A program made the translations under genes and the position numbers. The notes beneath the pieces were generated by a model. That model was not told the DNA's origin. It worked only from the letters and a program-made list of their open reading frames with translations, and searched no databases. DNA of 64,000 nt. Origin: Flaccisagitta enflata. Its lineage: Eukaryota. The stretch spans positions 12,152,001 through 12,216,000 of the forward strand of contig OZ231126.1 in the NCBI GenBank assembly GCA_965153355.1, in the 5' to 3' direction. Positions 41,233 to 56,179 of the stretch are shown here, in pieces. Numbering within the stretch: position 1 is the first letter of the stretch; every line of letters starts with the position of its first letter.

Positions 41233-42310
41233 TTGATCAAAAATTTTACTACAGTGTCACTTAGCCATTCAATAATCTTCCCACTGCTCAAGGTTAGATT
41301 ATCCCACAGTGAGACTTTGCCAATTGTTCCATAGCCAAACTCCCGGATCAAAGTTCGAGTCTTGAGATTGAAAAGCCGAGTTAAAAATGGTTTTTCTCTC
41401 TCAACTTTCCTTTTGTTGTCGCGAGAAATTCTTTGGCATCTTTTCTCATTTGTCAACGGCTTTCTTTTTTGGGGGAGGAGGTGTATGCCGGAGGGGAATG
41501 TGGGAGTGTGCCAGGAGGGAATGTGGGAGTATGCCAGTTGGGAATATGGAAGTATTGTGGATGTATGATAGTGGGGAATGTAGGGGTATGTCAAGAGGTA
41601 ATGTGGGGGTATGCAAGGTTGGAATGAAGGTGTAAGCCAGGAGGTGATAAGGGGGTAGGCCCGGAGGGAATGTGGGGGGGGGAGGCTATGCCAGGAATGA
41701 ATGAGCTACTGGGGCTATCAGGCGGAGAGGACTGATGGGTACCGCAATGATTTTTCTTACTTGATAATTAAGTTAATTCTCTTTCCTATGAAAAGCCAAA
41801 TTGATAAGGGTGGAGTGGAATTGAAGTGGGACGGAAAATTTAATTTGTTTGTTAAAAACATGTACACAAATCTGACATTTAGTTCCTTAATGCGTTTGTT
41901 TCCAATTTCATATTTTCATATTTTCTTTCCATACCTTTTCGAATGCAAGGAAAACGTTGAAATTTCTTATACAGTGAGAGAAAGGAAACTTTTTTTTCTT
42001 TTTGCCGCCTGAAGTAATATTCGATCTCTGCATACAGCCTGAGAGAGAAAGCTAAAAAAAATTATATTGAGGCTGGGCCAAGAAAGCTCGGGCAAATTAG
42101 GATACATCATTTTGTAGTTGTGCCGACTTGTTATTCTACCAAATGGAAATTGATATCTCGTTGCATAAACAAGTTATGACGGGTTGTTATGCTCCAGAGG
42201 ACGGACCTTCCTTTCTTCTGAGAATTGAGCTCGACTCCGATGTTGTTTCAGACTTTCTCCGGTGATGATATCACCGTTCTAGTTATTCTCAATATTCTTC
42301 ATGGCATACA

Positions 42311-42392
<82 letters not shown>

Positions 42393-43793
42393 CATGGAGA
42401 TGAACAGACGCATCGAACAAAAATCACGGACAGACCGATCGACGGACGGACCTAGGGACTTGCCCTCTGCATGAGTCGCTAAGCAAGCGATCAAAAACTG
42501 CAAGTCTTCCCTTGAACCATGTCAGACAATGGCTTTAAAGATAGTAAGCTATACCTCAGATCTATGTCCTGGTGGTCTGATTCCTTCCTTCTTTTGATAA
42601 GAAAAGGAATATGTTAAATGAAGATGCCGCAAAAATTCTGGATGTGGGTAGTCTTAAAAGATGAATGAAATTAATGCGAAGACTCCAAGAGGGACACAAG
42701 GACGGATACACGGCTAACCAAGTCGCGTGTGGATGGGTAGGGGCAGTTATGCATAGTCATTGGGGCAGGGGCAGTGATGGAAATAACGCGCGTTAACACC
42801 AAACCGATGGACAGGACAACCGACCGACCGACAAACCGACCGACCAACATCGCGTGCACGCGACTGAAAACAAACAAGGCCGGACACACGGCTACCCCAG
42901 TCGCGTGCGGGTGGGCAGGGGCCATAATAAAGGTCACCATAACATTTGGGCAGGAGCAGCGAGGCCAAAAACCGTAAAAACCCAAAAAAAGTGAAGTGTG
43001 ACGGACGGACCAACGGACAGATGGACCAACGGACCGACAAAGCTGGGTGTAGAGTCGCGTAGCACGCGACTAAAAACTTTCGGTGCTTATTTTCGGCTAT
43101 TTTGGTCTGTATTATTGACTGCGGCTTCGGGTCGGGCTTCGGTGGCGGGTTTTATGAAATCGTAGATCCTTTGGAAAGCCGATCTCGGCCCTCTCTGGTC
43201 TCTAGAGGGCCTAGCAGAGAAACACATGTCCGACATATTCAGATAACAGTTAACAGATGTCGCTCCACTCACTCTCTGTCGGGAGGGAAAGAGTAATTTT
43301 ACAATTTATCTCATTCTACGTACATACGATATTGACTCAAATATTGACTCAGTTACTGGCTGTACTGTACGCTTGATAGCGTTAGGACTGGATTTGCGAA
43401 AAGCTTACTGTGATCGCTCACTTCTTAGGAAAATTTTGCATTGAGAAATGGAAAGTCAAAACATTTTAGGGTAACCAAGTGTTTCAGTGGTCAAGCGTTC
43501 ATGTGAGGACAATTGTTTCATTTAAAGATTTACGAAAAATAAGTAATCGAGTAGAAAGAGATGTGGTATTGTAGTATAATAACAGTAGCCACCAGCCACT
43601 ACTTCTCTTACATTGCTATCCCGGTCTCGCGCCTCTTGAAAAATGAAAACCACAATGAATTATATCGACCTCAGAGCTTAATCAGCAGTTACAAAATATG
43701 GATGAATGAATCATCTTTGAAAATCTATACAAAGTTACAAACACAATTTACACAATTAGTTAATCGATTGATCATCACTTTGAAATTGAAGAC

Positions 43794-44068
43794 TAATGGG
43801 ACGTTTCTAGTCAGAGACAATCGCGTTTTAAACAGGCCACTCGGTCGCTCGCTATGTCTGTTCGCTCGCACCACTCACACTGCTCATTTGCTCTGCAGCG
43901 CTCCGCTTTGTTATGTTCGCTTTGCTCGCTTGCTTCGTTCACAAGGGCGCTCACTCACTTGGCTCACTCCCTCGTGGGACAGTGAAATTGATAAATATTT
44001 GTTCACGCTGTAAACGCGTTCAATTGGAACATACGCGTTTTTCTTCTTCACTAGAAACACGACCTAAG
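43794..44068. mobile_element. Small MITE (possibly PIF/Harbinger-like) with internal gctc repeats
   Basis: Imperfect TIRs gggacgtttctagt and actagaaacacgacc, flanked by taa. Confidence 0.5.
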
Positions 44069-45349
44069 TTGAATGTTGGTTGTTTTACACGGCTGATTTT
44101 CCGTCTGTATCTGCCCGTCTGAACGCCCTTCAACTGAGTCCGTTGATATCTTTTGATCTCAGCCGGTTTGTTTGAATCAAGTAGACGTCCAATCACGTTT
44201 TAGTGAGAAGTGAAATGTCATATCAAGTTGAAGGATCGACAGTAAATTTGGTTGTTGATCTCGGATGAAAACTTTTTTTTTCTATGTACACTTATTTTTT
44301 ATTTCAACACCTACGAGTTTAGACAATCCCGCGAACCTTTTTTTGGGCATTTTTACGTGGTTTGATTTTCACGGAGTGACGAAATTATTCTTGAAATTTA
44401 AGTCGGTAGTATTGTATATATCAATGTCATGTATAGATCCTTGATTATCGTTATATTTCCACAATGATATTGTCCCTGCATCCCTGGGTTGAATCTCCGA
44501 CTTTGACAATCATACTAGAACAAAGCCGCATACACTCTCTTTCCCACCCCTCCCCCACCCCCATCGCAGACGGCTGGGCAGGAGAGGCATAGAGAGAAAA
44601 CGCTCCCAATTTGTTTTGGTTACGGACTGATAGATGGACGGACCGGTGGACGGACCGACCAACCAACCGACCGACACAGCAAATGCTGCGACTATAAACC
44701 GCGAGCCATACGTTACTTTACTTTGCGTTTACTTCCGCTCACTCCTTTCAGATTTAATATGGATTCACTAAAGTTTTTTCAGGGCAAAAGCGAATTTGAT
44801 AAAAGAGGCCGAGTCGAGTCTAGGATTTACTTCGTTTTTTTTTTCGAGGGGTGCGTAAGATCTGGAGATCATGACGTTTTCTCCGTTTGTGAGACTAACC
44901 TAAAAGCACGGGAAGGTGATATTTGATATGGTTTGGAAGGGAAGCGATATAAACAGCAATTTTTTTGAGAAAGAGGAAAAAAAGTTTTTTTTTTCCTGAT
45001 CTGGTTAGTGTTTTTGAGTTGTTCCTATCCTAACGTTAAAACTCCGATGGGGCTTCAATCAAGAGGGGAACAAACTTTTTTGGTTGGAAAAAAAATCAAA
45101 AACGAACAATTACAACATAGCTCGGTTATGTTTTTTGAAAATTGTTTTATAGAAAATACAAAAGATTACTAACCATTAGATCATAATCATGTTTTGAGGA
45201 TCGCGACTTTTTTCAAGGGTGAACTTTTTTTACATTCTTTCATTAGTTTACAAAGTAACCTCAATATTTTTGTGATAGTAGAATGGGGGTAGAGGTATGG
45301 GGACTATGTGGAGGTTGAGATATATAACATAAATTGCTACATGATTTGA

Positions 45350-45433
<84 letters not shown>

Positions 45434-46630
45434 TTTAACTAAACATCATCCATCTTCGTCTCCATTTTTGACAATGAGTGACATTTCCCTTTCGCTCATT
45501 TTTGCCTGCCTCCAATACCCCCATTACCCACTCCTCTTGAAAATACGCCAAAACGTCAGCGATCATCTCCCACAACCCTTTCAACCGGCCATTCTACTAA
45601 AATAGTAGTAAAAAGGTGGATAATGATTTTTTTTTCATTTGCGACTATGCAATGAGCCAGATTATGCTTGATCATGAACACACAATGGCATAGTCATGCC
45701 AACTGCGCTAACACTTCCGGCAGCTCTAGATATATTATCTATTTCCAAAATGACATAAGTGTTAAAATACGCAAAAGTTCTTTTGATTTATTAACATAAG
45801 AGAATATGTAGACGTAGACGTAGACGTAGATATTGATATGATGATTTAATGTTAAAATATTGACACACCGGAGTGTTAACTAACCTGGAGTTGGAGAAGG
45901 TTATATAAAATTTTTGATTAAGAGTATTTTTTAAAACAAAAAATTTATCTTATTTATCTTATTTATCTTATGATGCTTCCTTCCCTGTTATAATCGGTCA
46001 TATCGAAAGTTAGCTTCCTGTTTAGATGAGTCGGCATTCAAACTGACGAGAGGGATTGACAGGAGAGAATGTTCGTTATAGGTGACTTGGAGAGGAGGGG
46101 GATACTAGAGGGATACTAGGGGGAGATGGAAGGTTTGAGAGGGGATGCTAGGGGAGATTGTTTGAAAAAGGTGACTTGGTCACTAGAACTAGAAGGCGAG
46201 GAGGATGCTAGGAGAGATTCAATCGGAGGGAGGGGATGCAAGGGGGAGATTGAAGGTGTGGCGGGGGATACTAGGGGGAGATAATTTGAAATGGTTGTTG
46301 AGGCAATTGAGGGGTACGGGTAGGTTAAAGAAGTTTTTGTTGTTATTGTTGAGTAGAGCGTGTTATCTTGAATTTTGGTGTAGAGAGATGCGTAATCTGT
46401 GGTTGAATAATTTATACATGCGAGGAGGGGGTGAACAGAGCATCAGGGGTGTTGGTGGGGTGTAGAGGCGGCATTTTAGCGGCTTCACTTTGGGCCCAAA
46501 CTTGTGTCACGATCCGAACATGAGAACACGAACAACAACTGGTAAAGATTAGAGAAAGAAATTTAGTGCGGAGTGAAGGGATCGCTCGATCTTCCTTCTA
46601 TGCTTCAAACTTGACGGGCCGCTTGAGAGA

Positions 46631-46698
<68 letters not shown>

Positions 46699-46999
46699 TA
46701 GACAGACAGACGCAGAGACAGATAGATAGACAGACGCAGAGACAGATAGATAGACAGATAGATAGACAGACGCAGAGACCGACATACAGACACTGATGGG
46801 CCAAGACACTATAACAAGGTGGCATAGTGGATATTGTCACAGTATGCTAGGCTACTAGACTAACAAACATAAAAAGAGAAATAATGAGTTCAGACACACA
46901 CCGACCAACTGACTGACGGATGGACAGAAATAGAGACAACAATTAACAAGAGGAAAAAGGAGTAAAAAAAGATAGACAAAGTTGGAGAGAGAGAGCGAG

Positions 47000-47080
<81 letters not shown>

Positions 47081-47695
47081 TTGGGAGGGCTGGGGGGGTG
47101 TTCTGACTTTTGAGACCATCACTGTAACATCAAAGCATATGAACTTATCAAAATGGCGTCAGGATATTGTCGCTCCACCTAGATATCTGCGTTCTTTTTC
47201 TTGTAACCATTCTTGCTCTTCTATCAGCCTCTCTCCATTCCTATCTTTCTGTCTGTGTCTCTATTTGTCATTATTTTGTTTCTGTCTCTCACAGGCCTGT
47301 ATATTGTTCTACTTCCCCTCCCCCTGGTGGGGGGGGAGGAAATGAAGGGTTTGGAGATAGGGAAAAAAATGCAAGGGGGAAAAAAGAGAAAAAAAGAAAA
47401 TTTGACAAAAGTAAAACTTTTGGCAGTACCAAATCATAAAAACTTATTAGTAAAACACAATTTTACACTATTTACACCGTAAAAACACTGTTTTATTGCT
47501 ATATGGGGAGGAAAATCATAGATTTTGTAATGCGATGCGTCGCGTTGTGGGGAAGAAAATCAAAGGCAGGGGGGGGGAAAGTAAAGATCATAGAACTATA
47601 TACATCCCTGGTCTATCAGTTTCACTGTCACTATCTGGGTCCGTCTCTGGGTCACTTGTTTTTCACTGTTTCTCCCTCTGCCTTTCCTGTGTGTG

Positions 47696-47738
<43 letters not shown>

Positions 47739-47755
47739 GCGTGTGAGTGTGTGTG

Positions 47756-47817
<62 letters not shown>

Positions 47818-48468
47818 ACTCAGGGCGTACCTCCATACCTTGCTCTACCCTCCGCTCTCACCCCCTTAAAACTTTTCAGTATTGAAATAACATCCGTCGA
47901 GGCCTTTTCTCTAAACTGTTTTCTCTCTGCGTTAGAGAGTAATATAGACAGAGAAGAAAAGAGGTTTGCCTCTAACCCACTTCCCTGCCAAAAACGTTTT
48001 TGTTTTAGGAACATTCTTGTTATTGAAAAACAGAAAGATTAATCAAGTTATAAACCTCCTTTCATCGAGGTGGTACTGAATGCCAAATCGTCGTTGTGCG
48101 TATTTGATTAGTAAAGCAGTAAAACTGTCTTGAGCGTTTTTTATTTCCCGCTTAAATCGACTAAAATTCGACCTGTATCTCGATTTGTATGGTAAAACCT
48201 CTTATTTGTCATAATTGTCATAGTCTCTCCCCCTCGGTCAGGTGATGTCATCCTAACAATTACTGCTTTAGCCAGAGGCGCTGATTGTGGAGCAGCGCGC
48301 AGCGCCGCTGCTCGGAAGAGTTGGTGGCCGTTCGGAAGGTTCCAGAGGCCAGGAAGAAATAAAAAGGAAAAAAAAAAAGAAAAACAAAGAAAAACAAAGA
48401 ATAAGATGGAAACAGGAGGGAGAATGAAAAAAGGAAAGGAGAAAAAGAAAAAAAAAGAAAGAGAGAGT

Positions 48469-48560
<92 letters not shown>

Positions 48561-49048
48561 TGATTGTGAACTTCAACTGTGTATCTCCAACAGTCTATCT
48601 GTTGGTACATTTGTCTGTCCTTCAATCAAGCTTAAAAGATAGTGAGAGACAGATAAACGTGAAGATATACTGATAGAAAGATGTATACGTAGGTAGATAG
48701 TCAACCAGGCCAGTCGGAATATTTTGGGAGTAAGTTTCTGCTGTTCGGAAGGAAAACAAAATCAGCGGGTCTGGCTTTAGCAACACTTGAAGTTAAACTA
48801 TGCAATACATACTCCAGTTACTTTAGTGAGACGAAATTTGGGTTAAAAGAGTCAAATATTGTCAACATTTTTCTAATTTTCTCATTGCCATCTCCCCCTA
48901 CACCATTTTCAGTCTCTTGTCCTTAGAGAGAACTCCATTGCCCCTTCTTGGTCTAACATTTCTCCCCTCCTGACCCTTGTCAGCATTTCTCGCCCCAAAC
49001 CTTGGACAGCCTCTCCCATACCCCGCCCCCGCCCTTGGTGACTTTGAT

Positions 49049-49276
49049 GGTTGGGACATGGTTGGGGGGTCCTTGGTGGTGATTAAGGTGGTGTTTGGGG
49101 TGATTTTGAAATTTTTAGGCTAAATGTTCCTCTGGTATATCCAAATCTCGCTACGTGATAGTGATTTTCGGGGTTGGGACGTTGTTGGGGGGTCGTAGGT
49201 GGTGATTAAGGTGGTATTTGTGATGACTTTGTAATTTTTAGGTTAAATTTTCCTCTGGCATATCCAAATCTCGCTA
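49049..49276. repeat. Tandem duplication of about 120 bp
   Basis: Two copies of ggttgggac...gtggtgattaaggtggt...tatccaaatctcgcta. Confidence 0.8.
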
Positions 49277-50521
49277 TGTGCCCTCCCCCCCCCTTATTCC
49301 CTCCGTCAGTATATTTTTCACTCACGATCTTGATTGAACGTTTGTCCGCCTCCGCGCGCGCATTTCATTCTAACAACATGAATCTTCTAATTCGTTTGTC
49401 TCTATCCTTGTCTCCTTTGCCGTTATTTCTTTTGTCTCTATCTTTGTCTCTTGTACGTACAACATTAATCTCTCGGCGTCCTCTCAAAGAGCCAAAGAGT
49501 CCGAGTCAAGGTCTTCTTTCCAAAGCGCATTTCATCTTGCCACTTGGAAGAGAGTTATGACGTCTACCAATTGGCAGAGGCAGGAAGGTTGGTGCGGGGG
49601 GGGGGGTGAAGAGAGGGGGGGAAAGGAAGGGAAGGGCGAGGGGGAAGAGGGAGAGAGGGGGAGAGGAAGGGAAGGGCGAGGGGGAAGAGGGAGAGAGGGG
49701 GAAGGGAAGGGCGTTGGGGAAGAGGAAGAGAGGGGAGGAGGAAGAGAGGGGGGAGGGTGAGGAGGTGAGAGAGAGAGGAGGAGAGGGTCAAGAGGAGGAG
49801 AGGGTCGGATCAATCTCAAGATCAAGAGAAGGGAGTCGATTTCAAAATCGAGAAAAAGGCCATTTTTCATGGTTGTTAATGTTTGGTCCATGGATGTTAT
49901 GAGTGTTGGTGAATGATGGTGAAAGGAAGCCTTTCAACCATTCAGAAAGGGTCCTCGTCGTTGTCGTCGTCGTCGTCGTCGTCGTCCTGCTAGTAACGAA
50001 TGGACGAGAGAGAGAGAGAGAGAGAGAGAGACGGGCGGAGTTCTGAGGGTGGTTTACGTTCACAATCATTAATCTTCTCCTTGATAGAGTACAAATGTGG
50101 GTGATCTCTTTTATACTACCCCTTCAGCTCTTCCCCCCCCCCCTCCCTTAAACAATTACTCTCACCATATTTCATTCTTTAACGCGTTTAGACTTTAGTT
50201 GCCAGCTTCTCACTTGATTTTCTGCCTCAATTCTGCCAGGTCCATAACCAACCCCGGCATCTTACTCTTCGTTTCTCAACCAATTGGCTTCATTTGGGCT
50301 TCTTGTTTGCTTGTCTTAGTTCTTATGAGGTTATCGGGAAACAAGGCCAACACCTTTAAGTCGCGTGCGAGATTTACAGAATGACTAAGAATGACTTAGA
50401 ATGACTCAGTATACTCTTAAATGACTTTAAATGACTTACAGAAATAAAATTGATAAAAAAAAGTAATTGTGACGGACCAACAGACCGGCCGATGGATGGA
50501 CGGACAAAGCGGGGTGTAGAG

Positions 50522-53500
50522 TCGCGTGCACGCAACTAAAAAGTTGAAGTCAGTCTTCGACTTTTTTACATATTCGAGAGAAACATGGTTTTCATTTTCT
50601 TATTAGAAAGTTGGGGATTTCATCCGGCTGATTGAGCCCTCCAATGAAACTGATAGGGTAAGTAAATTTGAAAATTCTCTTTCATTTGGCGCCAAGCAAA
50701 ATGCTCTACGACAAATATTTTTGGCGTTATGATTTTTCAAAGATTTATTTAAGAGAAATTTAAATTGATTTTTTTTTCAATTTTTTTTATTTTGTGTAGG
50801 ATCAAAAAAGGAGTGCGTTTAAGTTTGTTTGAGCATGAAAATACAAGAAAAGATATTTTTAAGCATAGCTGCTCATCTGTGAGCGTGAGGGTGATTTCAA
50901 GCATTTTAGCTCATTTAGCTGACTTGGCTCAATCTTTTTTTTCTGATTTCAAATGCAATAAATAAGCAAAAGTATTGATAAATGTTTAAGCAAGCAAATA
51001 CAAGAAAGCATATCAGTGAGCAGAGCTGTTCATCTGTGAGGGTGTTTTTAAGTATTCTAGCTCATTTAACCTTGGCGTCATAAAAAATGGTGAATTTTTA
51101 AAACCTATTCTAACTATTTTAATTTAAGAGAAACTAAGGAAAATCGGTGATGGTTGGAAAGCTCTTTGAAAGATCTTTCATTTGAGTTGTGTCTGGACAT
51201 AGTAGCTCAAACCGTTTAGAAATTACAGTGATTCAAAGAAAACCTCTATTTTTTCACCCTTACGGTGTGTCATTAAAAAAAGTCTGCTAATAATTTCATT
51301 ATTACCAAAATGATAGAAGATTTTGTCCGATTGCCTTCAAATTTTCAGTGATGTCTAAATTGTGTGTCTACTGATACTGGTTCAATTTTTGTGAGAATCG
51401 GAAATTTTTTACGATGGTTTTTGCATGTTCCTTTACTAACCCTCATCCAAATTCTTGAAAAATGATGCAATTTAAAAAAAACTTGTTTATTTCTGAATCA
51501 TTTGAGCTCACACCCAGTTTACTTCATTGGGAGAGGGCCCTAAATATTGAACTTTTAAAGCACTGTAAAACTGTCATAGATTTTTCGCAATTTTAACCAT
51601 ATATTCATGAACAAAATACTCAATAAAATCCAATCACTGATTCTTTCAAACCACAGTTTTGCAAACCAACATTAAAATCTTTCACATGGTGAAAATGATA
51701 GTAAAAGTTGTCCGATTTGGATGAAATTTTAGGAGCTGTTAAGGCAGGTATGTTGTACCACCATATCAAATTTTATCTTAATCGGATAAGGTTAAGTACG
51801 GTTTTTGAGAGATTATGTTTAAGTTATGATCGCTGACACACCGTGAGGGTGAAAAAAGAGAAGTGTTTTTCAAATTAATCATCTGCAGGAAACCGTTACA
51901 TTTTCCTTGTTGAGTGTTTTACTCTTTAGGTTAAACGAATCAGTCAAATTCCGGGATGATTTTATTTCTTTTTTTTTAAATATGCTTGAAGCGATGATGG
52001 AAAGCTACAGGGATCGTGCGGCATAGCTGATTAAATGCAGAACGGTAACGTGTTGAGATCTTGAAGGTAAGTATAAGGGTTCGCCCTGCAACAAAGATAT
52101 CGCTCATTTTTTTTAGTCTTGAGTCTTAACATGGATTTTTACGTAATGCATAAGACTGGTAATAATACAAACAAGGCCAAGTAGGCCAATAAGGTGCGAC
52201 ATGTGGATCGTCGAACGAATGCGTTACCCCACAGACCGACCGACCGACCGACCAACGGACACAGCCAGTTGTAGAGGTGCTTTGTCGCACCTAAAAAATA
52301 TGAAATGACAAGAAACAAAAGGAAAAAAAGAAATCCATCGATGATCCAGGCATTACGGAACATTTCTAACGTCATTTTAGTCGCAGTCACGCAACTCTAC
52401 ACCTTGTTGTGTCGGTTGGAAGGTCGATCTAGGTCCGTCTGTCCGTTATATCTTTGAATTCCAAGCGTTTTTTTGCATTACTGCTCCTGCCCAACCGTCC
52501 GCGACTGGATTGCTGTTTATTCGGCCTTCAAAAGAGATTGAGATGACTGATAGATTACGTATAAACTACAACGCTACAATTTTAGTTCTTTTGAGCCTTG
52601 TTCTCGCAAAGAAGGTCTTTTTAAGAAACAAGGCCCGATACACGGCAATTTAGCCGCGGATGGTTGGGGATGTTAAAAATGCAAGTGTCGCATCGGGTTA
52701 CAAGATTTTTGATTTTCTTCCCCACAAAGCAATAGAATAGTATATTATAAGTTTGAATAGTTTTAAACTGTGTTTTGATCAAATTTTTACCTTTTGGTAC
52801 TACCAAAAGTGTTTTATCTTCAAAGATTTTCTTTTTTCTATTTTTCAAGCATTTGATTTTTTCCCCATCTCCAAACCCTTTGATTTTATTTACACTCTTT
52901 TTTTTTATAAGAACCTAGTTTATAAGAACATCAAGGCTTCAAATGGCCCCAAAATTAAGAACATCTTAAGAACATACAAAGGCTTCATATCTGGAGAGAA
53001 AAATTTTGCTTAAGGTAAAATTAAAGAAACATTAAGAAAACATTTGAATTTTAGTAAAATTAATATGATATTTTAAGATTTTTAAATAAAGATCATGAAA
53101 ATATCCTTAAACTTTAATGATTAGCATTTGTTTTGGCGGAGATACGCTTATCTTTTTGGTTTCACCTTTTTGTAGTAGTTTTTTAGTATGAATTTTGGTG
53201 AGATTGAAGGAACTATGATTTTTTTCTTAATTGCTAATGACTTCATACATAGTAAAGCAGAAATCCGACAAACATAGCATGTCATGAATTGCAAAGTATC
53301 AAGAATCGATCAATCTAAGATAACTATTTTCTTGCTCAGGAATCTTCCGCACAGGATAACCCGCTCGTACGATAACGGAACTGTTGACGCAGAAATGGAA
53401 TCATAGAAACGTCGTAAACGTAGGCGCACACTCACACTCGGAAACGAGGCCCCCACCATCCGACCCGTTTGGTCTTTTTAGGGGCGCTAATTCTCTACTC

Positions 53501-54552
53501 TTCTTTGAATTAATGATGTCAATGGCTGTAGCATCAAATTTCATTTAGTTTTTGCCCAGTGCGTGTGATGCAAGCGCTATTTTGAGCCAATCATGTTCAT
53601 TGGCTCATGCAGTGATACCTTTTTTTTAACATTTGTAATTTGTCGAATAAAATCATTATTTGCCTTCATATAAATGGATTTATTGAGATTTTTACTCAAG
53701 ACCACATGAGAGATCAGAGCACATGAAATAAATGGTGAGGCTATCGCTATTCAGTTTGGCCTTGAGCAGAAACCTCATTTGCATAAAGTTGTAACTTCGA
53801 TGATTATCACCAATAAGCTAGCAAAGATGAAAACGCAGAAGACGGTCAGTCCTTAGGGACCAAAACTAAATCATGATATCCCACTTGAAGAAATGAAGAA
53901 AACAAGCTATTCGTTTACAGAAGTAAAAGGAACAAATGTTATGTCGTGCAATAAATCTTCCGATTCCAAAAGAAGTTATGGAAAAGCCTGTTCGGAAGAC
54001 GGTAAAGGGAAAAATGTCAGGGCAATGTTTTGATTAGGAATAGGGAAATGAGATTGAGTTTTGGCAGATGTGTAGCTTCTAAACCATTTGAGCGACAATG
54101 TTGCGACACGACTCAAATGAAAGATCTTTCGAAGAGCATTCTAGACATCACCAATTTTTCTTAGTTTCTAACAAATTAAGTTTGTTAAAATAGGTTTTAA
54201 AAATCCGCCATTTTTTATGACGCTCATCTAGCTTGCTTTTTTTTTTTTTTTTTATTTTGATTTCAAAACAGATAATTAAAGGAATGTTTTGCTTTAAGCA
54301 TGCAAATACAAGAAAGCATGTCAGTAAGCATAGCTGGTTGTTTGGTTTAGTGATTTTGAATATTTTGGCTCATCTAGCTCATTTAGCTCAGTCCTATTTT
54401 TCTCTGATTTTCAGTGCAACCAATATATACAATTGCTCTTGATTTGATCTAACAAATAAAAAAAATTGCAGTGACTGAAGATAAAAGCTTGGTAAAAAGT
54501 GAACAACGCTTACGACTTTTTTCCTCACGGCGACAGCCGCCATTACTTGTAA
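50522..54552 (+). mobile_element. Nested cluster: Helentron-like host interrupted by a piggyBac-like MITE (about 51070-54224) containing further elements
   Basis: Host matches 6512-8985 reversed; insert begins ttaa|ccttggcgtcataaaaaatgg and ends ccgccatttttttatgacgc, related to 24701-26764. Confidence 0.65.
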
Positions 54553-56085
54553 TTCTTTTTATTTATTGACCATCCTATATTTTATAATATTTCTTCTAGC
54601 ATCACGTAAGCCTTAGGCATATTGCCAAAATTGGAACAAACAGGCTCACAGGCCATGAAACCGCAACTTGAAAAAAATAGCACTATACTTGTGAAAAAAA
54701 AAATCATAATCAATCAGATGTTGATGATATCTTTTAATCATCGGCGTTTTGTACATATGATAAATTCGGGGCGGAATGGAAACTCGGAAAGTTTTATTTT
54801 TGTTGCGTGTGAGCATTCGTCGGTTTTTCGCGGCAGATCTAGATCTAAATCTCTCTTTCTCTCTCTCTTTCTCTTTCTCTTTCTCTATCTCGTCATATTA
54901 TTTTTCCTTGGAAAAATTATGTTTATATTTGTACGGGGTTGCGGCGATTTAACTTCTGTCGGCCCCCTTTTATTTCGCTCTCAAAACTTTCTCAAAAGAA
55001 TTTTTTCTATCTCAGCCGAATGTCGCGTTCAACACCTCCCACCACATCCCATTTCTCTCCTTCCCCCCCCCCCTCTCTATCTCGCCCCATCATCTTACCT
55101 TCCCTTTCTCGTCTCACCCATGTTCCATTCCGTAACTCGCCGAGACGTCCGCCTCACTCACATCATCATCATTGTCATTTGCTCAATCAATCTTTCAATC
55201 AATGAATCAATCAATCAATCAATCAATTAATCGGTTGCCACTACCTCTACATCTCACACCAACGACCCTCTTTGCTTTTATCCTTCTTATCTCCCCTGAT
55301 CATGCTTACCTACTTATCTACCTCCATTCCTGATTCCCTAGTTGCCCCTCAAACCGACCCTCCTTATTTCCTAACCCTCCTTCTATCCCCCACAAATTCC
55401 TCCCTTTCACCCGTCTTAAATCCCTTTCATATTCGGCCTATTTTGGAAATTTTGATGTTTTCATTTCGGTTTAATATTTTCCATATCCCATGCGTGATCA
55501 TAAGCGGTGTAGATCAAATTCATATTTTCATATTTCTCTCCGTGCCTTCCTCTCAGCGATTACAGATGTGTCTGCCTGCCTATCTCTGTCATAATATGTC
55601 TGTTCTTTAGTGCCTATCTTTGTCTGTCCTAGACAGAATCGAAGATTTCGTCATAAATTTTGCTACGCCGAGTTTAACTCATGACACTTTTTAGTCGCGG
55701 ACACCCGAGTATATTACCCACTTTTCGGTCCGTCCGTCCGTCCGTCCGTTGATCACAAAAATGTTTTCCGAGGTTAGTGCTCCAGCCCACCCGGCCGCGA
55801 CAAAGATACAACTATAGCAAACAAGGCCGGATACACGGCTACCGAAGTCGCGTGCGGGTGGGCAGGGGCCATGTTTGAGGTCACTAGACCATTTGGGCAG
55901 GAGCAGTGAAGTCAAAGATATAAAATCATAAAAAAAAAGTAAAGTGTGACCGACCGACCGACCAACCGACCGACCGACCGACCGACCGACGGACAAAGCG
56001 GGTTGTAGAGTCGCGTACACGCGACTAAAAATAAAATTGTTGGTTCTCGTCTCGCCCGGGACGTCCGTCTGTCTGTCTGTCTGTC

Positions 56086-56179
<94 letters not shown>

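Noticed and set aside
52041-52066. 26-nt candidate exon cag|...|gtaagt
   Set aside because: Frame-shifting, no pyrimidine tract, and inside a transposon cluster.
54622-55610. 202-aa and 112-aa ORFs in the giant intron
   Set aside because: Pyrimidine-rich low-complexity sequence with non-ATG starts and no family motif.
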